Part shown: positions 23,872 to 34,420 of the stretch, piece by piece | Position numbering within the stretch: the stretch's first letter is position 1 | How the letters are laid out: every line of letters begins with the position of its first letter | Source: Selaginella moellendorffii | Lineage: Eukaryota; Plantae; Lycopodiophyta | Length of the DNA: 64,000 nt | Reading direction: 5' to 3' | Assembly: GCF_000143415.4 (NCBI RefSeq) | Contig: NW_003314395.1 | Location: 306,658 to 370,657, forward strand | The notes under the pieces: model-generated | Seen by the model: only the letters and a program-made list of their open reading frames with translations | What the model was told of the DNA's origin: nothing | Databases searched by the model: none | Position numbers and translations under genes: made by a program

Positions 23872-24687
23872 ATGTCGGAACGCGCGGTTTCGTCAGGTAT
23901 GGATGCTTCTCTCCATCAAGAAGCTATGGTCTCTCCTGATCATGGGCCTCCAACGCTTGGCCGCCGAGCTCCAGCGCCGTGGCATGGCAGCCATCACCGA
24001 GCTTCACACCCGCGAGCACCAGCTCCAGCTCCAGCGCATCGAGCAGCGCATGGACACCACCGTCCTCGAGCATCTCATGGAGGCCACGAGCCAGCGCCAG
24101 CTTTAGCTCCAGTTCTTCAAGGTGGCGCTCCAGTTCCAGCTCCGGCTCCAGCGCCAGCTGCTTTCGTTCATGCTCGCGGCCACCACCCTGGTGATCGAGC
24201 TCCAGCGCCTGCTCTCCATGATCATGCTCGCCACCACGATCCAGCTCCAGCCGGTGATGGAGCTCCTCTGGTTGTTCACCACCATCACCATGGTCACCAT
24301 CATGAAGGCCGCCACCACCACCACCACCACCACCACCACCACCATCACCATCGTCGCGACGGTCACAACGCAGCGATGGCCACACCGACACCCGCGGTAG
24401 TGGTTACAGTGGCTCGGAGGACGCCCTGGTCGCTGCTCCAGCTTTTTCTCTGGGTTTTGGTTGCGATCTTGGTGCTGCTTGCGTGCTTTTTGCTCTTGCG
24501 ATGGATGTTATCTCGAAGAAAACAGCGCAGGAATGCGATCTTTCAGGACCCTCAGTGGCGGATCGAAGTGACGAATCCTCTGGCAGTTGTGGTGGACGAT
24601 TCTCTGACTGAGAAGAAAGAGCTCGAGTGGAGGATTAAAGTGCTAAACGCACAGGAGGAAGACGATTCTCTGACTCTGAGCTTGTGA
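23872..24687 (+). CDS. His-rich, Ala-Pro-rich single-pass membrane protein, copy 1 (271 aa)
   Basis: Uninterrupted ORF with APAPAPA repeats, poly-His, a hydrophobic helix and a basic RRKQRR; frame kept in all copies. Confidence 0.7.
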   Translation: MSERAVSSGMDASLHQEAMVSPDHGPPTLGRRAPAPWHGSHHRASHPRAPAPAPAHRAAHGHHRPRASHGGHEPAPALAPVLQGGAPVPAPAPAPAAFVHARGHHPGDRAPAPALHDHARHHDPAPAGDGAPLVVHHHHHGHHHEGRHHHHHHHHHHHHHRRDGHNAAMATPTPAVVVTVARRTPWSLLQLFLWVLVAILVLLACFLLLRWMLSRRKQRRNAIFQDPQWRIEVTNPLAVVVDDSLTEKKELEWRIKVLNAQEEDDSLTLSL

Positions 24688-24799
24688 AAGTACGGTGCTA
24701 CCAGCATAGCGGTTTAAGCGGCGGGATTAGTGTGGTCTAGAATGCACTCTGGCTTCGCTTTAAACGGCACCAACTGACGATGCCTTGCTCTCATGAAGT

Positions 24800-25370
24800 A
24801 CCGAGGCTGTGATCTGGACGCTCAAACGGTTGATACTGCATTGGAGGGCCTGTTCACAGAGAGCGATCTGCAAAGGTTATATTAGTCGCGAAAATCTCTA
24901 TGCAAGGTGTTGAAGCCTCGTCAAGTTTTTAAACGAATACCCCGGAAGCAACATCGTGGACTATCTTGATTGCCGGCTATGCTCAGCACAACGAACCGGA
25001 CGAGCTGTTTCAACGGATGGTCATAAACTTTCGTGGCAGAACTGAAGGCTTGGGCAGCTCTGGCAATTGGGAAGGAAATTTACTTGACTATCTCCAGATA
25101 TAGAGACGAAGTCATTGCGTCCATGGGAGCATCACTGGTGCTGAGCATGTAGTACTGCGAAGGACTGCCGAGTTATGGTCACTTGCGGCTTTGTTCTGGA
25201 AGTCTTAAAACCGGACGGGATTGCTTTCACTTCATCCTCACTTGAGTGTAGCGATGCTGGCTTGGTCGACACAGCAACCCAGGTAATGAGCTGATCGTAG
25301 GTAACTCCAGATCTGGAGCACTTTCACTGTATGGTGGTGAGGCTGTCGAGATGGCGAAAACGATGCCTTT
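24800..25370 (+). pseudogene. PLS-class PPR gene remnant
   Basis: LYARC.SL and KPDGIAFTS...CSDAGLVD-like motifs, with frameshifts. Confidence 0.65.
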
Positions 25371-25703
25371 GTTGATTATATTTTATGCTTTAAGATTTAT
25401 TTCGACTTTTATTTATTGAAAAAGGAGTTGATTTCACCATATCTTTTAATTTTTTTAGAGAGAGAGAAAAGAAAAAATAATGGAGAGGCTATAACTTAAA
25501 TAGTATGGAAAGGTAGTTTTAAAGAATTATAATGTTTCTCTTTTCTGGCGACATTTTTGGTTCTGAAACACAAAGTTGTTTGAGCGTGTGTCAATGTTCT
25601 AATGTGGGTAGCAAGCTCAACAACTTTACAATAGACTAGATATGTCAAAGAGAGGGTTAGCATTTGCTAGTTTTTAACCTTGACTTAGCTCTGGAGGAAC
25701 AAT

Positions 25704-25895
25704 GATCCTAAGAGATGGGGAAATCTTGTGTGAAGGGCGCAATGCACGTTGCCCATCGAAAGGGAATTAGGTTAATATTCCCGAACTAGGACAAGGTGGT
25801 GGGTGGTAATGCTGACGAATCCAAAGACACTGGCAAGGGCCTCAAGAAGAGTTTTCTTTTCTTTTTAACGGCCTGCCAACCCTGAAATCAGTTCA
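25704..25895 (+). pseudogene. Degenerate ~190-bp fragment of nuclear 25S (LSU) rDNA
   Basis: GATCCTAAGAGATGGGGAAA..CGAAAGGGAATTAGGTTAATATTCCCGAAC..GAAGAGTTTTCTTTTCTTTTTAACGGCCTGCCAACCCTGAAA resembles conserved eukaryotic LSU rRNA. Confidence 0.85.
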
Positions 25896-26399
25896 TAACA
25901 GCTTAATTAATAAAAGATGACAAAATCAACTATAAATCCACTTAATCTCCTTCAAACATTATTCTTCCTTTTTAATAAATAAAAGTAGAAATAAAATTTA
26001 ATGCATAAAATAATCAGCATAACCCAAGCTTTTTGCATCCTCTAGAAAGTTCAAAATTTATTTTTCTCTCAATACTTTCTTGGCTCCCAAAACCAATCCA
26101 TTATTGAGTAATGCCAAGAAAAATCCTTACAACCATTTCTAAGAGTATACTCACAACAGCCCTTCATTCCACCAGCTTTTGAGGACTTGCAGTGATGAGG
26201 ATCATACTTCTCCAAGAATTGAACATCATCTCCCCCAATATTTTGCCCAAAATTCATAATAATTTTACTTTTTCTGACAATACTTTATATGCTAGAAGTT
26301 TAATTGGAGAATGGAAAGGCTATAATTAAAATAGTATGTAGTGGATACCAAAATGGTTATAAAAATTATAAGAAATAAAGGAGTGTTGCTTTGGCATTT

Positions 26400-27530
26400 C
26401 GCTCTGTTTCAAGCCGACCATGATCACTTGCAAAGTGGAAGAATGTTATAGCCAGACAAGAAGCAAGATGCAGCCTACGTGCATATGGGACTGTAGGCAA
26501 AGTTCAGAAGAAGCTTGGACACTGACAAATGTGGAATCATTCATAAGTTTGTACCTATGGGATAAAACTCATGCACATAGGGACAAGATGGCTTCTCAAG
26601 GCTGCTCTCAAGGATCAGGGGTACATTTCAGACGTAGGGGCCATTGCATGGAACATTCCTGACAAAGAAAAAGAGGAGTCGTTGTGTGGGTATAGCAAAA
26701 GGCTGGCTATCATCGTGAGTTCAGGAGCAACAATTTGTCATGTAGATCTGCAATGTTTCATCTCCACTCATAGCTGCAAAGGTAGCTTGGCACTTGATCT
26801 CTTTTTCCAGCACATAGTAGCAAGGCTATCAACTTAAGAAGTGTGCCAGCTGATTCCAGGATGGAAACTGGATTTTGATGAGCAAAAGAGGTAATCTTAG
26901 TTCTGGACTGCAACAGTGTATTAACTTTAAAAAGTTTTATACACAGGCAATAGATTCCACATCCTAAAACAGCCTCTTGGACTCTACTCCCAAGTGTGGC
27001 ATGCTCAGCAAGTTTTCACAGTACTTGCGAGCAGCTGATGGAAATGACAAAGCCAAGAAAGGAATGGCTCTTCATTCGGCAGCTTGCAAGGCAGGCTATG
27101 ATCTTGACATGTTTGTGGCAAGGAATCTGGTGGATCTGTATGCAAGGGGTGAGAGCATGGAAGATTTATGCAGGATGGGTGCAAAGTGTGGATATGAAGC
27201 CAATGCATTTGTCATGAGCAACCTCATGGACATGTGGAAGCATCATAAGTATTTGGGAGGATGAAGAACCACAATGTTGGTTGTATGGAATATGATCATC
27301 ATGGGACATGCACCTTGAGCTCTTCTATCGGATGTAATGAGATGCTGGAATTGCATGAAGTATCATGGGATATACTGAAAATATGCCTCAAAATGTCCTT
27401 TGCTCAAGCAAGCTGACAGCCAAACACTCAGGCTTAGCAGCAAAGGTGGACATTTTGAGGGAATCTAAACAAGAATCTGCCATTGCTCATCAAATTATAT
27501 GGGAAGTGTGGAGACATGGCTATTGATTGA
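26400..27530 (+). pseudogene. PPR E+/DYW-domain remnant followed by a second PPR remnant
   Basis: GYISDVGAIAWNIPDKEKEESLCGYSKRLAI (DYW HSERLA-like); GYDLDMFVARNLVDLYAR..SMED; HYCSSNYMGSV-region in another frame gives ALIKLYGKCGD-like PPR text. Confidence 0.8.
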
Positions 27531-29204
27531 GAAGTTTAAGTGCATCACTGTCATAATGACACACTTCTGCATAAAATTGATCCTCATCCAAAAGAAATAA
27601 ATGAAAAGGGATATAATAGTGATATCATTGTTCCCACTATCACCTCTCCTTAAGCCATGATGGCCTGGCTTTAATCCAATGGAGTGTGCTGCCAGTGCCT
27701 CAAGATTACCTTGAATTCAATTCTGCCCACTTTGTTGATACAATTGGTATTAGAAGTGTACAAGAAAGCCACTGGAAAGAGGTGGTGTTTGGCACTCAAG
27801 TTTTGCTTTGAGAGTTCTTTTGTCTTCTTCTCTTGGAGCAATTGATTCATGCCCATGGCAAAAGACTCTCCAGTATTAGATTCAATTCCAATTTCTTGGC
27901 ACTTTTGCACAAAGAGGGTAAAGTCCACAAGCTCCACATGAAGGATTTTTGAGGCAGCCTAGACATGAGATGATTGGTAGTTTCCTTTAGATGGGGGACA
28001 ATGTCATGTGAGGGGCACAACTATATTGAAGTACAAGGGATTTAGTATAGATAAGGCAAACTGACTTCTTGCCCTAGCTCTAGTTTTGGAGTATGGATGA
28101 TTGTAGATAGATTAGTTTCTTTTGTTATGTTTGTTTTTACAAGTTCTAAGTTATACATTGAGTTTATTCACCTCCTTGATGTCATTTTGAACTTTTAATT
28201 TGGCTTTTGTTTTATAATGACATCATCAACAGTCTCTTCATCCTCATTGTGACTATCATTACCAAATTAGGATTAGCATCCCCTTGTCCCAATTCCAATG
28301 AAATCAATAAGCCCTAAATCCCTAAACCATGAAATATTTTTAGAATATTTTTATGGTTTTTATTTTAGATTTGGTAATTTCATTAAGGATTTCTAAGTGG
28401 TTTAACAAAGGTTCTTTATGCTTCATTTGTGAAGAAGTTTGAAAAAGTTGATTTTGTGAACTAGTTATTAAAATTCATGCAAAGGATTTTCGTAAGTTTT
28501 GTGATCATTACTTTAATTTTACAAATGCTTGCTAAAGATGCAATGTTTTATCAATGGTTTGAGTTTGGTGGATTTGTAGCAAAAAGTCAAAAAAGATTTT
28601 ATAGCAAAATTGATTAATGCCATCACTAAACCAACTCAGTCAACTATGGTCAATATAATGGTTAATGAGGTAAACAACATGATAACCAATTACCTAATGC
28701 TTTACATTTAGGGAAGAAATAATAATTATTGTATCATAAGATGACAATAAAGTTAAAAACCTTTGTTTGGACCAATAAAGTGGAGGGTTAATGTTTTAAT
28801 TTTTACAAAGCTGAATGTTGTAGAAAAAATTGTTCTCTTGTGAAGGGTTGGGGGATGTTAAGGTGATTATAGTGGAATTCATTATAGATACATCTCAAGA
28901 GTATTCTTTTTTATATTTTGTGATAAAAGTTCAAGAACCTCAAGTTTTTATAAAGTTTAATGGTTTTATGCACAATAAACTTCTGAAAACCAAAGAGGAT
29001 ATTTAGACAAACCAAGTTTCTTCACCACCCTGAACTTTAAAAGATTGTGTGGCATCTAGATCAAAACGTAATTTATGGAACGATAAAACCACTTGGTTTC
29101 TCTAAAACCACATCTTATCTTTTAAAGAATAGAAAATGATTATTTCATCCCTAATAACTTTATTTTTGGACTCAACTTGACTAAACATTAAACTTGCTGT
29201 TTTT

Positions 29205-29440
29205 AATCTAATTTAAAAAAAGTTTTTGAAAGAATACAATAATGATCATTTGAACCTCGATCCACTTATAATCATACATAGTAAGGATCCACTAGTGTTG
29301 TACTAAACAGTTATAAACCAATTTATTTGTCACCCATAGCAAGCTTATAGGAAATTTATTTTTACTTATGATACTATAGTAATAACTCATCCAATAAGTT
29401 AACATTAATTTTGTCAACTTATGAAATTGCTAATGTGTCT
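29205..29440 (-). mobile_element. Ancient AT-eroded copia gag fragment in the spacer; also at ~35795-36030, ~51675-51910 and inverted ~59220-59455
   Basis: Aligns with 48440-48720 (TCCACTTATAATCATACATAGTAAGGATCCACTAGTG versus TCCACTTGTAACCATGCCTAAGAAGGATCCATTAGTG). Confidence 0.7.
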
Positions 29441-30394
29441 AGTACATTTTAATAAGTACAAGCAAAACTTTATACAATATGGTAGATTGACTTCCTGAGA
29501 AATCCAAATTAAAAGTTTACATTTGGGGATCATATGCTTAAATTGATATTTGGCATATCATGAGACTTAACCTAGAGAGGATACCGAATTTTAAACAAGT
29601 AATATTGAGTGAACTTTGAAGTATTTAAACTCAAAAATGCTTAGCCCTAAATATCCTAATATTCTAAATCTCTTTATATTGAAACCTTAAATTTCAGAAA
29701 TTATTCTCTTTAATTACTTACAACTAAAGTTTTTATCATTTATATATAAATAAACAAATGAGATAACATTTCAATAGACTTTATCACTAGTTTGCACAAA
29801 ATATTTTAAGGAAATAATGCTATCTAGATATATATTTGCCAAGGTCTTTGTGAAATAGGTTTACAGTGATCCTAATCAAAAGTTTAAATTGTCATCTTCA
29901 TTGAGAAGCTCTTCATTAACTAATCCATAACAAACATTATAGGGCTCACAGCAAATGTGTTACACAACATGCTTGGCAGCAGTCGTGCCATTCCCATCAC
30001 AATCTCTTAGCATGAAGGCTGAATGCATTCCGCCCTGAAATTGAACGTTCCATGCTTGATCTGGGATGTGATATTTTGGGATGAAATCATTGCAATGATC
30101 TGATATTCTCTCACGCTCGATATGGATAATCAAACTGGCAACATTTTCCAAAGAACATGAGATAATCCTAAAGTTTCTTCATATATAGCATACCTTTCTC
30201 GATGGATCTTAGTTGTTCTTATCCATTGTTCATGAATAGTTCTAGTACCAAAATCCATGTGTTTCCACTGCCTTGCTTGATGATAACTCTTTGTAGCTTG
30301 CGAATGGCGTGAACACATGGGTATTTAACCACATAGGAAATGGATCTTCTAACCATCTCAGGCTAAACGACGCTTGAGGGTTTTAGAGCACGAT

Positions 30395-31802
30395 ATGAAG
30401 AACAGCTCGGCCTGGATCATCAGAGCGCTACTGCTCGCCTCGCTTGCTAATGACGCTTCAGGTCAGTTTGTTAGTGAGTTTAACTCTCTTACTAGTTCTG
30501 GGTTTACTGTGCTGTCGACAAGCACTCGGTAAATGCCTTTGGCTTGTATATGGACCTGCGGAACAAGTTTGTGTTGGCGCTTGATTCTAGTGGCAATCGT
30601 ATATGGAAGCTGAGACTGCCACTCTCGCACGCTACTGACGATCCTCATACCCTTGGGGAGCGTCTGCCACTCGCTGCACGGGGAATTCTCGACTGGAGTA
30701 AGCACTAGAGGCTTTTCTTATGCTTTGTTTTGTGGCGCCAAAGCTTAAGAATTTTTTTTCCTCTAGATAGCAGCTTGGAAGCTCTTGCCGGTTCACTCGT
30801 GGGGCAGTCCGGCTATGTCGACGGCCCACTTTTTAATCGCCCACAAATTTGTGACAATGGCGCGGTCTTTGTGGGGAACTTGGCTATACGCAAAATCAGC
30901 AAGGATGGCGAAGGTAGTTTCGTTTTCTCTTTTAAAAATCTCTAGAACATTTTTTCTGTTTCCAACAGTGACCACCATTGCCGGAGGTAGCTCTCGAAGG
31001 CCAGGCATTGCCGACAGCCCGGAGACACAGCTCGTTTCTCAAGCGACTTTAGCTTGGCGTGTTCTTGTGGCTCCTTACTCATAGCCGATCGCGGAACCGG
31101 CTGATACGCAAGATACAAATCGATGATCCAAAGTCGTGTGATTCAAGCGATTCAGCCGTTTCAGGTGACTTCTCATCCTTTACCTGAATTTTTTTTCTTT
31201 CGATTGGATTTAAAAACTCTTGCTTTTTGTTTATTTCATGATCAGGATCACAAAAATGGGCTTTAATTCCCGTAGTGCTGCTTGGCGTCTGTCTGGGGAT
31301 GCCTCTGGGAGCTTTTATAATTTGGAAGATACTTGATCAGCGACTCCGGCAAGTAAGTTTCACGAGCAAAGCTGGTGACTCTTATGAAAATATTTCTAGG
31401 CAGGCGATCAGCTGGGAAACACTGAAAGATTGCTGGCGGACGTTCTGGAGGACGATGATCTGCAGGTTCGGCAGCAGAAGCGAACTTGCTAGCGCCGTCT
31501 TTAGTCTTTTCCTGCTTGTATGTCATCAGGCAAAGCTCCTCGCGTCTGTCTTCTTTGGTGTTGCACACGAAGTAAAAACGAAGCCAACTGCGCCTGTCAA
31601 ACAAGATCAAGACCTCCACTCTCTCCTTGGAAACACGAAAGATGAGCCTCCAGACCTCATTGATTTAATGGAACTCTCCGAACTTGGAATCTTCTGTTGC
31701 TCCTTCTCTCTTCCTTTTCCGGATTCGAGGAATTTGACTATGGAGCTCGAGTGTTTGGAGAAGTTCCAGCAGGAATTCAGGGACAAGCTCAAGCACAGCT
31801 AA
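30395..31802 (+). pseudogene. NHL-repeat gene copy 2 (deletions in the NHL domain, an exonic insertion, tail in ancestral frame)
   Basis: Colinear with copy 1; several indels break the frame. Confidence 0.85.
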
Positions 31803-31865
31803 GAATGTGCTCAAACAAGCTTTGTTTTTCCACTCTTCTTGAATAGTCCATTGTTTTACAAATAA

Positions 31866-31990
31866 GTTGACGCTCATGTTCCGGCGGGCCGAGGAGATGG
31901 ACGAGCTCGAGTTCTCTGAGGCGGAGAGCAATCTCAACGATCTGGTGACCAAGTACCAGCAGTACCAGGACGCTTCCATGACGACGATGA
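31866..31990 (+). pseudogene. TUB: Beta-tubulin C-terminal fragment, copy 2
   Basis: [33 protein letters not shown]. Confidence 0.9.
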
Positions 31991-32128
31991 CTTTGGGGAG
32001 GATCCAACTCGCCGCGCAATCCACAGCGTAAAAAACCATTCTCTTTTTTCACAAAGGCAAAAGTATTACTATTTTTTTCAAAGTCAAGGGTTAGGTTATA
32101 TTTTCTCGCTTGGATTTTTCTATTCGAG

Positions 32129-32971
32129 ATGTCGGAACGCGCGGTTTCGTCAGGTATGGATGCTTCTCTCCATCAAGAAGCTATGGTCTCTCGCGATCAT
32201 GGGCCTCCAACGCTTGGCCGCCGAGCTCAAGCGCCCTGGCATGGCGGCCATCACCGAGCTTCACACCCTCCAGCTCCAACGCATCGAGCAGCACATGGAC
32301 ACCACCGTCCTCGAGCATCTCATGGAGGCCACGAGCCAGCGCCAGCTTTAGCTCCAGTTCTTCAAGGTGGCGCCCCAGTTCCAGCTCCAGCTCCAGCGCC
32401 AGCTGCTTTCGTTCATGCTCGTGGCCACCACCCTGGTGATCGAGCTCCAGCGCCTGCTCTCCTTGATCATGCTCGCCACCACGATCCAGCTCCAGCAGCA
32501 GCGGTGTACCATCATCATCACGGTGATGGAGCTCCTCTGGTTGTTCACCACCATCACCATGGTCACCATCACGGAGGCCACCACCATCACCATGGTCACC
32601 ATCATGGAGGCCGCCACCACCACCACCACCACCACCGTCGCGACGGTCACAACGCAGCGATGGCCACACCAACACCCGCGGCAGTGGTTACAGTGGCTCG
32701 GAGGACGCCCTGGTCGCTGCTCCAGCTTCTTCTCTGGGTTTTGGTTGCGATCTTGGTGCTGCTTGCGTGCTTTTTGCTAGTGCGATGGATGTTATCTCGA
32801 AGGAAACAGCGCAGGAATGCGATCTTTCAGGACCCTCAGTGGCGGATCGAAGTGACGAATCCTCTGGCAGTTGTGGTGGACGATTCTCTGACTGAGAAGA
32901 AAGAGCCCGAGTGGAGGATTAAAGTGCTAAACGCACAGGAGGAAGACGATTCTCTGACTATGAGCTTGTGA
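32129..32971 (+). CDS. His-rich membrane protein, copy 2 (280 aa)
   Basis: Intact ORF; differs from copy 1 by substitutions and in-frame indels. Confidence 0.7.
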   Translation: MSERAVSSGMDASLHQEAMVSRDHGPPTLGRRAQAPWHGGHHRASHPPAPTHRAAHGHHRPRASHGGHEPAPALAPVLQGGAPVPAPAPAPAAFVHARGHHPGDRAPAPALLDHARHHDPAPAAAVYHHHHGDGAPLVVHHHHHGHHHGGHHHHHGHHHGGRHHHHHHHRRDGHNAAMATPTPAAVVTVARRTPWSLLQLLLWVLVAILVLLACFLLVRWMLSRRKQRRNAIFQDPQWRIEVTNPLAVVVDDSLTEKKEPEWRIKVLNAQEEDDSLTMSL

Positions 32972-33099
32972 AAGTACGGTGCTACCAGCATAGCGGTTTA
33001 AGCGGCGGGATTAGTGTGGTCTAGAATGCACTCTGTCTTCGCTCTAAACGGCACCAACGGACGATGCCTTGCTCTCATGAAGTACCGAGGCTGTGATCT

Positions 33100-34420
33100 G
33101 GACGCTCAAACGGTTGATACTGCATTGGAAGACCTGTTCCAGTGTTTGGAGTGAAGAAGACACAGAGAGCTTCGTCGATCTGCAAAGGTTATATTCGTCG
33201 CAACAATCTCTATGCAAGGTGTCGAAGCCTCGTCAAGTTTTTAAATGAATACCCTGGAAGCAACATCGTGGACTACCTTGATTGCCGACTATGCTCAGCA
33301 CAACGAACTGGACGAGCTGTTTCAACTGATGCTGATAAACTTTCGTATGTATGTAGTGGATATCTAGTATGTAGTGGATACCAAAATGGTTATAAAAATT
33401 ATAAGAAATAAAGGAGTGTTGCTTTGGCATTTTGCTCTGTTTCATGATCACTTGGGAAGTGGAAGAATGTTATAGCCAGACAAGAAGCAAGATGCAGCCT
33501 ACGTGCATATGGAACTGTAGGCAAAGTTCAGAAGAAGCTTCGACACTGACAAACGTGGAATCATTCATAAGTTTGTACTTATGGGATAAAACTCATGCAC
33601 ATAGGGACAAGATGGCTTCTCAAGGCTGCTCTCAAGGATCAGGGTACGTTTCAGACGTAGGGGCCATTGCATGGAACATTCCTGACAAAGAAAAAGAGGA
33701 GTCGTTGTGTGGGTACAGCAAGAGGCTGTCTATCATCGTGAGTTCAGGAGCAACAATTTGTATTGGCAAGAATTCGCATGTAGATCTGCAATGTTTCATC
33801 TCCACTCATAGCTGCAAAGGTAGCTTGGCACTTGATCTCTTTTTCCAGCACATAGTAGCAAGGCTATCAACTTAAGAAGTGTGCCAGCTGATTCCAGGAT
33901 GGAAACTGGATTTTTGATGAGCAAAAGAGGTAAGCTTAGTTCTGGACTGCAACAATGTATTAACTTTAAGAAGTTTTATACGCAGACAATAGATTCCACA
34001 TTCTAAACCTCTTGGACTCTACTCCCAAGTGTGGCATGCTCAGCAAGTTTTCGCAGTACTTGGGAGCAGCTAAAGGAAATGACAAAGCTGAGAAAGGAAT
34101 GGCTCTTCATTCAGCAGCTTGCAAGGTGGGTCATGATCTTGACATGTTCGTGGCAAGGAGTCTGGTGGATCTGTACGCAAGGTGTGGGAGCATGGAAGAT
34201 TCATGTAGGATGGGTGCAAATTGTGGATATGAAGCTGATGCATTTGTCATGAGCAGCCTCGTGGACATGTGGAAGCATCAGAAGTATTTGGGAGGATGAA
34301 GAACCACAACGTTGGTTGTATGGAATATAATCATCATGGGACATGCACCTTGAGCTCTTCTATTGGATGTAATGAGATGCTGGAATTGCAGGAAAACATT
34401 GTTTCATGGGATATATTGAG
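33100..34420 (+). pseudogene. PPR/DYW remnants, copy 2 (internal deletion at ~33345)
   Basis: Same motifs as 24800-27530. Confidence 0.75.

Noticed and set aside
23924-24400. Overlapping poly-Gly, poly-Val and poly-Thr ORFs, also in the other copies
   Set aside because: Alternative frames of the CAC repeat; only the His frame spans the whole region with a TM helix and tail.
25704-25895. Functional rRNA gene
   Set aside because: Only ~190 bp, degenerate, with no rDNA context.
26069-26257. Small ORF (KYDPHHCKSSKAGG..HYSIMDWFWEPRKY) seen in several units
   Set aside because: No family recognised, and its recurrence is explained by the duplication.
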